Shown: piece by piece, positions 29,511-44,921 of the stretch
Layout of the letters: each line of letters starts with the position of its first letter
Position numbering within the stretch: position 1 is the stretch's first letter
NCBI RefSeq assembly: GCF_009914755.1
Contig: NC_060930.1
DNA length: 64,000 nt
Source: the human T2T-CHM13v2.0 reference genome, Homo sapiens
Reading direction: 5' to 3' (one strand)
Made by a program: the position numbers and the translations under genes
The notes under the pieces: generated by a model
Told to the model about the DNA's origin: nothing
Databases searched by the model: none
Seen by the model: the letters and a program-made list of their open reading frames with translations, nothing else

Positions 29511-30124
29511 TTATGATGTGCTTTTTACATCTGTCCTATTCCCCACATCTCAACAATTTTCTAAAAAAGTACACCGTATTATGTTTTGGAGCTAGGGTGT
29601 TAATTTAAAGAAAAATGCAGAATAAATTTAAACATCCTCAGAATACTAAACCTTATTAAAGAAGACAAAAGTGCCACGTAAAGAAAAGATTGAAGGACAC
29701 TAGAGATAATATGCATAGCTTAACTAAAAATTCCAACTGCTAGGAAAGAAAGTGCACAAATGCTAAGGGAAGAATGCAGAGAAAAAGTGCTCCCACACAT
29801 CCAGGCTGACATGTCACTGATGTCTGATGTCACCTATACCTCTCTTCCTTGTATAAGAAGGGGCAGCTCCAGGCACAGTGCATCAAACACTGCTGTACAA
29901 TGGCTCTGGCTCCCTTGTGGACCAGAAAGAAGCAGATGTTTCTGGATGGGAGTTGGGAAATGATCAGCCACCTTCTCCCTGGGCCCTGGAATCTTCCTCT
30001 TCCACAAGTGACAGAAGACCTCAGAATCTTCTCTTTCACTGCCTACCCCTGACCAGCTCTGCCCTGGACAGTCCCCTTCCAAAGCCAAAGGCAGCCCCAA
30101 TCCACAGTTGTCAGGTACACTCAC

Positions 30125-31280
30125 CTGGGGAGTCTGTGCAGCATGCCTCTGGGTGGCTGTTCTGGCAGAGCAGCACCAACCAGGGCCTGTTTATATTTCC
30201 CCAAGTCCCAGTGCTCATGGGCAACTCCCACTGGTGTCACAATGTCAATGTCATAATTTCTGACTTTGCCAAAGGAAAAGGGGTCCTTCTGTACAATGTC
30301 AATCCCTGGGTACAACTCTGCCCTCTCCCTGAGGCTCGATAATTTGCTGGGCCCAGAAACATCTTGATCCTAATTATAGTAAATGTGCAGTAATGAGTAG
30401 AAGGCACTGTAATGAGGAACAGTTTACTAAGGAGTCTGGGTTTCTTCATTTTTACTATATTCTCCTCCCATCTCCTCCATTCACCACCAAAGCTCAGGAA
30501 CCAATTTGGAAAAAAAAAACCTGAGAATCTAGAGTGGTCACTTTCCGAACATTTTACAAGTGTGTTCTACATTGATTATGAAAGATCATTGATTGCCAGA
30601 ATCAGGGGCTTCTCTTGGGGTGTAGTGTCTAGAACATGGCCGAAGTGGGGCCTCTGGTTGCTGGTATTGTCTGTTTCTTGATCCAGGTGCTAGTTTTATG
30701 CATATAAATTAGTTTATACAATTCATTAAGATATTCATTAATGATTTCTGCATTTCTTTGTATGTATATTTCATTTAAAAGTTTACTGCCAAATAAAATA
30801 TACTGCCACTGGCTCTGGAAGCTCATGCCATGGAGTCACAGCCCAGACTAGCTGAGTAGGATGTGTGTAGCCCTGTCTATCAGAGTTAAACCTTCATGCT
30901 GGGTCCCTAATAGCTTTTCCAGAAATGGTTCCATTAGACAATAAAGGGATTCAAGGAGAGGAAGACAGCTGATTTTGATATCCACCATCTAGCAATACGG
31001 CTTAGCTTAAATAATCTTTCTCTGTTCTTCACTCATACCCTTCCCTTTTGAGTGGCCAGTATAGTTCTTGATGCGAAGGAATGCACTAAAGTGAATTCCA
31101 GCTGAGACCTAAAGTTCAGGTAAATATTTTTCTAGACACAAGAGCACCTGTGCTTATGTCAGCTGAGTTAGGTAAGTGGTAGTTTAAAAAAAACAACAAT
31201 AACAAACAAACAAAACAAAACAAAACAAAACAAAACAGGGAAGAGAGGAGGACTCCAAAGGAATGGAATTGACCTGGTAG
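30125..31280 (-). promoter_or_regulatory. Putative promoter and short non-coding first exon of the minus-strand V1R pseudogene (duplicated block copy 2)
   Basis: Minus-strand TATAAA 30195-30190, ~40-nt exon ending CCCCAG|GTGAGT at 30125/30124; four TGACA; TCCCTGGGT 30303-30311; TAATTA 30371, TAATGA 30391 and 30410; matching acceptor ttttctcaaaag| at 22010/22009 just before the V1R ATG. Confidence 0.6.
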
Positions 31281-32213
31281 CAGAGGCTGGGGTCGGGGCC
31301 GGGGACAGTTTCTTTCACAATCCTGAATGATGCAGCATGATCATTGCGGACTCCTCTGCTATTGCAACCTGAAGAGACATAATTTCCCTCACTTACATTT
31401 TTATTCAATTCTTACAACCTTTCGATGTGATATTTGAGCTCCCTCCAAACTCAAGTTTGTGCGTGTGTGTGTGTGTGTATCACAACCACACATTATCTAC
31501 TATTTGCAGAGCTCTTGTATCAGGATATAAAAAAATCTAGGCATAAGTAATTCCATTAGATGCACAACAGATTTTTCAAATTTTCTGCTAAGTGCATGTG
31601 AGAAGATGAACATAAATATTTAATAATGTATTATACATCTAGAGAATTTCATGTAAATTATTTGAACTTCATGATAACCACGGAAATAAGATGCTGAGGC
31701 CAGGTGGGCTAAATTGCTTCCTCAAGGATGCATAAATAAGACGCCGACCTAGATCTCATGACTTATGTTCATCAAAGTCTCCCTAAATTAGTAAAACAAC
31801 AAGCCACAAACTGACAAAATATATTTACAACAAAGTATTCTGAATTAGTATTCAGAATATATATTAAAACTGGCTTAAAATAGACCAGAAAAGGATAAAA
31901 CTAAAAAAGCACAAAAAACATGGCCATTTCATAGAAGGATAAAAAAAATGCATGGAATATAAAAAGACACAGATACACTCAATCTCAATAATTTTATGGC
32001 AATGTGAATTAAAACCAAAATAAATACTTTTTATCAAATTTAAACAGACAGAATACCAGGTGTTGGTGAGCATATAGAACAGTGGGGACTTATGGCTGAT
32101 AGTGTTAATTGGAACATCAGGGGAAATAATTTGACTAATTATTAACTAGTATGTTTGAACAACTCATATCTTATGACTACGCAACAAATTACTACATATA
32201 TACTTTACTATTA

Positions 32214-32579
32214 CACTTATGTGTCACTCAATGAAGGATATATGTTCTGAGAAACATGTCATTAGGCAATTTTGTCGTTTGGTGGGAACATCATAGTGGG
32301 ACACCACCATAGTGTCCCACATACTCACGCAAACCTAGATGGTATACCCTACAACATACCTAGGCTGTCTGGTATAGCCTGTTGCTCCTAGGCTACAAAT
32401 ACGTTAGTGCACTGAATGCAGTAGGCAACTGAAACACAATGGTAAGTATTTGTGTATCTAAACGTATTTAATACAGAAAAGATACAGTAAAAATATGATA
32501 TTATAATTTTATGGGACCACCCTCATGTATGCAGTCAGTCCATCATTGACCAAAATGTTGTTATACGACCCATGACTAT
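32214..32579 (-). mobile_element. Tigger3a-like DNA transposon
   Basis: gttctgagaaacatgtcattaggc...tgctcctaggctacaaa...atggtaagtatttgtgtatctaaac...atgggaccacc...catgact. Confidence 0.8.
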
Positions 32580-32599
32580 ACTATATACCTTAGAATATT

Positions 32600-32775
32600 A
32601 GCTTTCAAAATGTGGTCCTGAGTCCGGAGTCACTAGCATCACCTGGAAACATGTTAGAAATGAAAATTCTATGGCCCACCCCAGAACTACCGAATTTCAA
32701 GACTCTGCAGGTGGCACCCAGCAATCTGTGTTGAACAGGCCCTCCAGGTAATTCTGATGCACACAGAAGTTGAAA
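32600..32775. mobile_element. MER5A (hAT-Charlie)
   Basis: tcaaaatgtggtcc...catcacctggaaacatgttagaaatg...aacaggccctccaggtaattctgatgcac. Confidence 0.8.
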
Positions 32776-33116
32776 ATATTCCTCTTGCATATTTGTGCAG
32801 GAGACAAGGAATTAATAGAATTGCTTTTAGAGCAAAGAGAACAACAAGAACAAAAAACTATAATTAACTGAAATTTAAGTTGATAATAGAATGAATAAAG
32901 ACATAGTATTTATGGCACTTAAAACAATTAATTGCATTTGCAACCACAACATAGGTGGATCAAATGGCAGTTATATAAGTTATGATACTATCTTAATAGA
33001 GTTTCAAGCAAAACTAAAATAAACATTGTTTTGAAATGCATGCATATGTGATAAAACGAAAATAAAGCAGAGAAATACTAATTTTTAAATTATTTTAATA
33101 TTTATTTCTTATTTAA

Positions 33117-33440
<324 letters not shown>

Positions 33441-33797
33441 CTATAATGTAGTTTTAATTATGATTTTAAAACACATTTTGAGACTTAGTTTATGGTCTAT
33501 GATGTTTTGTAAACTTTCTTCATAATATACATATTTTAAATTTGAGGAACATAAAACTCTATATATGTTCAATTATTAGTTATATTGTTCTAATCATCTT
33601 TATTTCTGGTATCAGAAAATGAAAAGATCAGTATCATCTATCACTAAATGAAAAGATATATTAAAATTTTATGATGCTGGATATCTATATTTCCCATTAT
33701 AGTTCTATAATTTGCTTTACATATCTGAGGCTTTTCAAATGTGCATAAAATTGAGAATTGTTTTACTATACAAGTTGGAACTTTTATCATTATGTAG

Positions 33798-34298
33798 CAT
33801 GATGGCTAATTTTAGATGTTGACCAGATTAAGTAATATCTAGAGAACTGGTAAAGCATTATTTCTGGTCTGTGAAGGTGTTTCCAGAGGAGACTGGTGTG
33901 CGAGTGGGTGGACCTAGTAGGGAAGTTCTGCCCTCAATGTGGATGCACACCATTGAATTGGCTGTTGCTTGGATAGAACAAAAGGGCAGAGAAAAGGCAA
34001 GTTGTTTTATCTTTCTCCTGGAGCTGGAACACTCTTCTTCTCCTGCCCAGACTCTCTCAGCCTGGGACTCCAGGACTAGAGGCCCCCAGATTTTCAAAGC
34101 TTTGGTCACAGATTGAAAGCTATACCATTGGTTTTTCTGGGTTCTGACACTTTCAGACATGGACTGAGCCACACTACCAGCATTCTATGGTCTCCGGCCT
34201 GCAGACAGCCTCTCATGGGACTTCTCCACCCCCATAATCATGCAAGCCAATTTCCTTATTAAATCCCCTTCTATCTACCTATCATCTATCTATCTATC

Positions 34299-34337
<39 letters not shown>

Positions 34338-34402
34338 ACCTATCTATCTACCTATTTATCTCTTATTTGTTCTGTTTCTCTGGAGAACCCTGGACTAATA
34401 CA
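33798..34402 (+). mobile_element. MLT2B (ERVL) solo LTR containing a (TATC)n STR at 34271-34352
   Basis: ctggtaaagcattatttctgg...tttccagaggagact...ctctggagaaccctggactaataca; 5-bp TSD TGTAG (33793-97 / 34403-07). Confidence 0.85.
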
Positions 34403-35756
34403 TGTAGAAACCCTCTTTAGTCGTAATAATGCTTTTTGTCTTAACAACAATTAGTCTTATATTAATATGGGTTCTCCAAAATACTTTTTGCTTAATATTA
34501 GCTAAGGTAACTTATTTCATAATTTTCCTTTCGAAGTGGTCATTATGTATTGGATAGGTCTCTTGAAAAGGAAAAATAGCAGTAGTTAGTATTTAGTTTC
34601 ATCTAATACAATATTCATAGATGACCAAGAATAACAATTTGATCTATGGCTTCTGGAGTTACTTTTCCTGAATTTGGTGTCTATGCCCATCAATTGCTAG
34701 CTTTGAAATCTTGGAAAAGTTATTTAGTTTCTTGGTGTTTTCTCATCAGTAAATTAATAATTAATAATAGTAAATTAATAAATTTCTCATCAGTAAAATA
34801 ATTTAATTTAATAAAATTAAATAGGAAGGATTATATACATTTTTGATGTTTAAATGAGTAAAAATCTGTCCAGGAATGAAAGAATAAAAATCAGCTCACA
34901 TCGTAAAAGAAAAAAAGCAGCATTGTCATTTTTCTCACTAGGAAAACATACACAGATTAAAGAAGGCTGAAAGTTTACAGGAAACATTGTTTTTCTACCA
35001 AGATCATGGAATAACTGTAAAACTCCCTAATAGCCTCCTCTTTGAAAGGTTTCTGCTTTCATTCCAATGATGCCCCAGGCCTGCCTTGCTATATCCATTT
35101 ATTACAGGGGAGACCCGACTACTAAAGCACCCTCAACTCATTACTGCACTAAATCTTTAGTTAATCCTTCTATTTTCTAGTCCTGTCCTAGAAACATCAA
35201 CCAAACCAGAACCAAGGTTGAAGAATACCTGCTTCTCCTTGTCTCTCTTCAGAATCTTTCAGCAGTAACTCAAACCTTATAAAATGTACTTCTCTCTTCT
35301 CTTCTGTAGAGCTACTGTTTCAAGATTCCTCTCAAACATCTTCCTTCCATTACCTGACTCATTAATCTGATTTTGTCAGATTACAGGTTTGTTTCTAGTG
35401 GTTTAGTGGCTCCTGGTTAAAGCTGCTTAGGCTGCAACCTGTTATTATACCAGCACTGATATACTTGGAATTTTTTCTAACATCTCTTTGGTTTGTATTT
35501 TTCCCACATTTGAGTTTATTACTTTTTTATTATCTTTTTTCTTTACTGTCTTTTTAATTGGATTTTTTATTTTGCTAATTTTTCCCCTTATTGCTCTACT
35601 CATGTGAATAATTTTTCTTCTACTAATCTATATATTTATCTATTCTTTGTGTGCTTACTATCAAAATTTTATTATTAATAGTTAACTTTACAAAGTGTAA
35701 AGTTAATCTACTTTATAACATATTCCAAGCATTAACATATGTTTACACACACATAT

Positions 35757-36010
35757 TTTGAGACAGGATCTTTCTCTGTCACCCAGGCTGGAGTGCAGTG
35801 GTGCTATCAGGATTCACTGCAACCTTGACCTCCTTGACTTAAATGATCCTAATTTTTTTTAGGCTAGTTTTAGACCACCTGGCTAATTAAAAAAAACTGG
35901 TAGAGACAAGATCTCACCATGTTGCCCAGGCTGATCTCAAACTCCTGGGCTTAAGTGATCCTCCTGCCTCAGCTTCCCAAAGTCCTGCTATTGTAGCCAT
36001 CATTCCCAGC
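35757..36010 (-). mobile_element. AluJ, diverged
   Basis: Alu arms with internal deletion. Confidence 0.75.
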
Positions 36011-36111
36011 TACAATATTTTTAAATAGCTTAAATCTAATTACTGTCATCTGTTAAACTATTCTTATCTGTTATTTTAGTTCTGGCTTTTTTCAACCCCC
36101 AAAACTCGACA

Positions 36112-36146
<35 letters not shown>

Positions 36147-36351
36147 TTATACAGGCAATATTTGCTTAGGCTTATATGTTTCCCGATTTTTTTTTTCATT
36201 TTTTTCTTACAGCTTATCCCTTCTAGGGTTATGTTTTTGTTGTTCAAGTACAAACTTAAAGATTCTATAGTAAAGTTTCTTAGTGGCAATATTGCTCTGC
36301 TTTCCCTCACCCTTAAACTGTATTTTATCCTCATTATTGAAAGACAAATTT

Positions 36352-36736
36352 ACTACGATGGTTTGAGTGTATCCTCCAAAAGTTCACATGTTGGAACCTT
36401 AATTCCCTAAAGTGGAAGGATTGGGAAATAGGGCCTGGTGGAAGGTATTTGGGTTATCTCTGCCCTCATGAAGAGATTCATGCAGTTCTGGCTAACTGGG
36501 TTAGTTCTCATGAGAGTGAGTTGTTATAAAACCAGTCAGCCTGCTTCTTTTTCCCTCTTTCATCCACATTCTCTTGTCGTGTTGCTTTTTCACCATGTCG
36601 TGATGCAGAACAAAAACCCTTGCCAGAAGCCAGTCCCATGACCTTGGACTTCCCAGCCTCCAGAATAAACTTCTTTTCTTTACAAATTACCCGGTCTAAG
36701 GTATTCTGTTATAGCAACAGAAAATGAACCAAGACA
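36352..36736 (+). mobile_element. MST-type MaLR LTR
   Basis: atggtttgagtgtatcctccaaaagttcacatgttgg...tattctgttatagcaacagaaaatgaaccaagaca. Confidence 0.8.
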
Positions 36737-36739
36737 TTT

Positions 36740-39330
<2,591 letters not shown>

Positions 39331-39435
39331 AGAAAAAGTATAGCAATGGAGAGGCCAAGTAATTCATCAAATATTGCCCATCCAATGTAACCCAGCCAGA
39401 AATCATTAAAGTTCACATGTAAACCCCGAAACTGT

Positions 39436-39743
39436 TGAGACAGCCGAGTAAAAAGGGCTCCCCAGAGAACCTCCGACCCACCTGTGCACTGGGAAAAGGG
39501 GGTGGAGCCACGAAGTTAGCGTGGTTTGCAGAGGGGAGGAGCCCAGCCTCTTGTGTTCCTGTGTGGTGGGGCAGGAGCAGGTTAACAGGCCTCCCTCTCA
39601 CTCTGCTGAAAGTATTTCTTTTTCCTTTTTCGCGCAATAAATTCCATTTTTTTCACCCTTCTATGCATCCTCAAGCCTAATCTTTCCTGGTTATGTGACA
39701 AGAACCCGGTTTTTAGCTGAACTAAGGAGAAAGTCCTACAACA
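39436..39743 (+). mobile_element. MER61-family ERV1 solo LTR
   Basis: tgagacagccgagtaaaaagggctccccagagaacctccgacc...tttagctgaactaaggagaaagtcctacaaca. Confidence 0.75.
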
Positions 39744-40149
39744 CTGCCACCATGTGGCAATTACTCCAAATAGAAGGAGAGGCTGAAGGACACACAACCA
39801 GGATGCAGAGAAAAAGATGGAGACAGAGTCTGTGCAAGATGGGATTGATACTGAGACTGGGTTAGCCACCTCTCCTAGACAGTGAAACAGATCGCAAGAG
39901 AGGCTGACCCAGAAAGACACATGCAAAACAATGGGCAATAGAACACATGACCTGAATTAGATTATCTGGGTTCAAATCCTGATTTTGCTATTCATTATCT
40001 GTGTATCACTGGGCAATTTACTCAATCTCTCTGTGCCTGAATATCCTCATTCAAAATCAGGGATGAAAAGAGTACTTATCTCAAAGGGCTATTTGCTCAC
40101 TTATTGCACAAGTAATTTGGCATCTGATATGAACCAGGTGCACCTCTAG

Positions 40150-41052
40150 ATGAGGATACTGTCACATTGAATGAAGACCAGTGACCAGAAGCCTGCCTCA
40201 CAGCCCAGCTCAGTGAGAAAAATAATTCCATTCTCACCTCTAATCTCAACCCTGTGTCACCATTTATGTATAGTCCTTTGCATTAGTGTCTGGAAAGGTC
40301 ATTTTTTGAGGGCAGAATGAATAACCTATAGAAGGATCATTCTTGGGTATAATGAATTAAAGAAGTATTATGAAGCTTTATAAGGCAGGATTAGCTCATA
40401 AAAATGGAGGGTTCTTTTGCTTTTCCAGTCCCATTTGTTGTTTCACAGACAAAGAATAAAACAATCACTGATGGCAAAGACTGCAAACTGCCAACGTTCA
40501 TCGGTAGAGCAAGGTGACGCTCGTCCTGTCCAGGCCTGTGGTTGGGATAAGCTCAGAAAGCAGAGTCTCCAGGGCTGGTCATCATCTATCATAACCCTGC
40601 GTATAAAGAATGCCTTGAGAAAGAAAAGAAGTGACTTATTATGTGTCTTCTGACCTGGTTCTCATTTTTATTCAAAACATTAGAACCTTGGGAAGATGAA
40701 GAGAGGGCCAGAAAAATGGGAAACCCTGGATACAGAAACTTGGCTAGCTGTTTACTTTTTCACTGTACATCTTTCTATTGCAATAGTTAAACCCCAATTA
40801 AGACTGAAATAACTCCTGAGGCAAACAAACGTAATTGTGGAGACAGAGGGGAAAATGTACTTCAGGGACTAGGATCCTGCAGAGGGTTTCCGTCTTCCTG
40901 ACAGAAAAACAACTTTGAAAATTTGAGTCCTGGTAATAGTTTGTTAACCAAGAACTCTACAAATCCAGAAGGCACAAACATGGCTTGGGGAGCCTTACCT
41001 TGCCAGAAGGACTAACCCAGAGCTTTACTACACCATAGCTACCAAGGTGAGT
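40150..41052 (+). promoter_or_regulatory. Putative promoter and 5' non-coding exon of the plus-strand V1R pseudogene
   Basis: TAATGA 40350-40355, O/E-like TCTCCAGGG 40566-40574, TATAAA 40602-40607, donor AAG|GTGAGT 41046/41047; acceptor ctttcttcatacag| at 43927, 30 nt before the ATG. Confidence 0.45.
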
Positions 41053-43956
41053 AGACCTGACAATTCTTTTATTTATTCACATATGCCATATAATATTTCC
41101 CTCAGAAGTATGCATCTTGCTTTGTTCTTTGACTAAGCAAGGGAGTTTATGTGAGCCAGAGGACCTTGACTCTGCATCTAATCTTTACCTGGGGTCATAA
41201 ACATGAAGGGGACCATTTCCAGAAGATGACCCTAGAAATGCTTGAGCATCTTTGTCCCAGTGTTCAGGATCTTGTACTGTAAGAGAGGTCCGGGGTGGTT
41301 CTTCCTATAAGGTTCCCTCTTTGGTTTCATCCAAAAATCACAAAGATAAAAAAGCTTTTCAGGTTTCTAGAAAAAACTCATTTTTAGGCTTACATTTTCA
41401 CCTGCATTATAACTCTATCAGCATTATTAGCTTTCATCAAATTTCTTCATATCGTTTTTGGTGCATTTCTGTGATTTGCAAGTGGGCCAACTTTGTCTTT
41501 ACCTATTAAGTAGTTAATTCATTAAGAAAGAGATAGAGAGAGTGTGTGTGTATATCTTGAAGGTTTTCTTTCTGCATCCATCCTTAAAGTCTCCTAATCC
41601 AATATATAATATTGTATCATATACAGAAGTCAACTTCATTAACCATATGCCAGTTTAATGGAAGCATCTATTAACAATCATTATGATTAAAAATCATACT
41701 TGCTCTTCAGAAATTTTCCACTTTTATTTTTGGCCAGGCTATAAGTAAGTATAACCTGATGTAACCCTGTAAATTTACCCTGGCATTATGTAGCAGGGAG
41801 CACTAATCTCATTTTCAGTTGAGAAAACTGGAGCTGAAATGGGTGCACTTCCTTACCTGCCTAAGCTATTAGGTATTAGAACTGGATGGAGCACTACACA
41901 TCTATCTGAATGTGAAGCATGTTTTTTCAAATAGTTTTCAATCATGATTCCAAAAACAACTTGGAAGACCAGTCACCCTTCCTTCCTCTGATATTTTTCT
42001 TATTATTCAGTCAAAAAAATGGAAGTGTCTTATTAGTATTACAGAAGCTAATCTCTAATCTGAATCAGAGCTTTGGAACCTTGGGAAGATGAAGAGAGGG
42101 CCAGAAAACTGTGAAACCCTAGAAAAAGATAAGAAGAAACAAACATAAAAATATTTGATAAGGACATCAGGGTGGTGAAGTGTATGCAGGACATTCATTT
42201 TTGACAAATTCCAGGTTTCTGACTAAATATGTAACCAGTTCTTACTCCAAACCTATTAGTCCATACTGCTCTTCTTGTTATTAAAGCCTGTAGTTCATTT
42301 CACTATAGGCTATCCAGTTCAGATCATGTAATGCTTTGTTTAATGCATTGATATAGATGTTAGTCTCTTCATTTGGCACTGGAGGAAACTGAGGCAGAAA
42401 AGCAATAACTAATATTCCAAAAGTTATAAAGTTTCCTGGTATAAGACCTGAGTACAAGCCTAAATTCAGGCAGTTCACACTGCCAGGGACCTTTAAGACA
42501 AATTAAGATAAATCTAAGGCATCTCTTAGTGATTAGTAGAAAATGAAAGGGGACAAGGCTTATAGAAAGGTTAGATCAAACATCCTGGTTTCTTTTGTTT
42601 TGGGGGATTTATTTGTAGTTTGATGTAAGTTCTGGAAAAGAAGTGAGATTGGAGAGGTTGATTGTGAAAGAGTAAAATCCTGTTCAGACAAAAAGAGTAA
42701 AAATTAGCTTGGACTGGTAAAGATCAAAGTAGCTCTCCTGTTACCAATGTTGGGAGAACAGACACAGGTAGATCTGGTTACAGAGTCAACTGGACTCACT
42801 GGTTACACAGCAGTTGTAAACTGCCATAATTGCACCATTTGAGTGATGACTCTTTTCTTACCAATGTAGCCCCAACCTGCCTTGTATATCCAGACATCAG
42901 AGATCTCTAATTTATAAACTGCCTTCATCTCGTGACAGTATGCAATAGCTAATTAATCTACCTCTCCTAATGGCCCTTGAGAAACATCAACACATCAACA
43001 ACTCCGCTTAGGGGCCCCTCAGATCCATCAGTGGGAACTCAGACCTCTCCTAAATGCCCTTGTAGAGTGACATTCTATGGTTCCTCTAGAGCACCTTCTC
43101 TGGCTACATCCAGTCCATGTATCTCATTGTTTTTCAGCAACAGGCTTGTTCCTGAAGGTCTTTGGCTGATTAACCATTAACATTTGAGGTCCTACAGTGA
43201 AATGCTATGCAGTTTGACTTTATATGGAGTACTTGGAAAACCCACTGAAAACTTGTAAGTACTGAAATTACAGATTCAGTTCGGGGTCTTGAAAGACAAC
43301 TCAGAAATATTAAGGAATATAAATCAAAGATATGAAAATAAGAAGAGATAAACCAGAAATTGTTATACTAATCAAAATGATAGACATATAGGCATAATGA
43401 ATAAAAGAAGTATCACAGAAGATAAAACATTGTTAAACTTGAGAAATGTTAAAGATGTTGAAACAACATGATTTTATGAGTGTCTGTCTGTTGAATGTGG
43501 AAGAGGTAGAGGGGTTAAGGGTGAGCACCAGGTTTTTGAAATTGGCTGATAGGAATATTAAGAATAAGTAGAAAATGGAGACATTCAGGTTGGGGGAATT
43601 GTTTTAGTTCAATTCAGCATATGCTGAGACTTAAAATATGTGGGATATATCAGAATTTGAACAAGCAAGTTGGTCTTGCAGCTATGGAGATCAGGAAAAC
43701 AAAATCTGTTTCCCAAATTTAGATTTTTGTATCCTCTTCCAAGATGACATTTAAGGTCACATGGTATGTTCATCAAAGAGTGTCACAGGGAAAGGACTAC
43801 AGTTCTTTGGACAAAAATCTGCTCTGTTACATATATTATGATTTCCTTTATCCACTAGAAATGTGCTATGATATGATTTTTTTGCAGATACATATATATC
43901 ATCATAACTGGTACTTTCTTCATACAGTGTTTCCTTGATCTAAATATTTTCTGCCC

Positions 43957-44866
43957 ATGAAGTTAGAAATGGCTTTGAATATTATCAAGGGAACAATATT
44001 CCTGTTTCTAACTGGACTTGGCATTGTGGGGAATGTTTTGGTTTTGGTAAACTATATGTGCATTTTCTTTTGGGGGACTGAGAAGAAGTCTTTACACTTT
44101 ATTCTTATTCACTTAGCTTTTACAAATATCATACTTCTATTTTCCAAAGGAATGCCCAAGACAATAGCAGCTTTTGGTTTGAAAAACTTCCTAGATGATA
44201 CAGGCTGTAAAATTGTTGCTTATCTGGAGAGGGTGGCTCGAGGCCTTTCCATCTGCACCAGCAGTCTCCTCACTGTGGTCCAGGCCATCACCATCAGTCC
44301 CAGAGCCTGCATGAGGGGGAGGCTCAAGCTGAGGTCTGCATGACAAGTCCTTCCCTTGTTTCTCTTTTTTTTGGACATTCAGTTCCTTGATAACCATAAA
44401 CTTACTTCATTCCATCACAAATAGCAACATGAACAGATCACAAATTAGTGAAAAGGATAACTACTGTTATTTTCTAGCAGGGAGATCGGTAATAAGACGG
44501 ATTTTTCTCACACTGATAGTCTTGCAAGATGCCCTGTTTCAGGGTCTAATGGGCTGGGCCAGCAGCTACATAGTATTTCTTCTCCACCAGCATCACAAGC
44601 ATGTTCTTCACATTCAGAACTCCAAATTTCTGTACAAAACTCCCCCTGAGATAAGAGCTGCTCAAAGTGTTCTCCTTCTGATGATCTGTTTTGTTTTCTT
44701 TTATTGGATAGATTGTATTATTTCTTTATATTTAACTTTATCCTTAGAGAATAATTTCATAATATCAAATATTCAAGAATGTTTAACCCTTGGTTATGCA
44801 ACTCTCAGCCCTTTTGTGCTGATTCACAGAGATAGATGTGTGGCTGAATGTTGGCAAGTTCAGTAA
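43957..44866 (+). pseudogene. VN1R11P: Vomeronasal type-1 receptor pseudogene (one nonsense codon and one +1 frameshift)
   Basis: MKLEMALNIIKGTIFLFLTGLGIVGNVLV...CKIVAYLERVARGLSICTSSLLTVVQAITISP; TGA at 44341-43; T8 run 44365-72; ...PEIRAAQSVLLLM...GYATLSPFVLIHRD. Symbol from recalled locus order. Confidence 0.95.
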
Positions 44867-44915
44867 GACTTCAGAAAATGTCTGTTTTATTGATCTCTTC
44901 AGTAAGCAAGTTTGA

Positions 44916-44921
44916 AATAAA
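44916..44921 (+). terminator. Candidate polyadenylation signal of the V1R pseudogene
   Basis: AATAAA 50 nt after the stop, followed by a GT/T-rich tract. Confidence 0.4.

Noticed and set aside
29878-30342. 154-aa plus-strand ORF
   Set aside because: No recognisable domain, non-ATG start, frameshifted in the paralog and antisense to the putative promoter
30125-30369. Minus-strand 245-nt open 'coding exon' (DQDVSGPSKL...YDIDIVTPVGVAHEHWDLGKYKQALVG...) between an AG and the GTGAGT donor
   Set aside because: The paralogous copy at 1-195 has a 1-bp deletion near 95-100 that breaks the frame, I recognise no protein family, and conservation tracks DNA motifs rather than codons. A promoter explanation fits better, though BLASTx would settle it.
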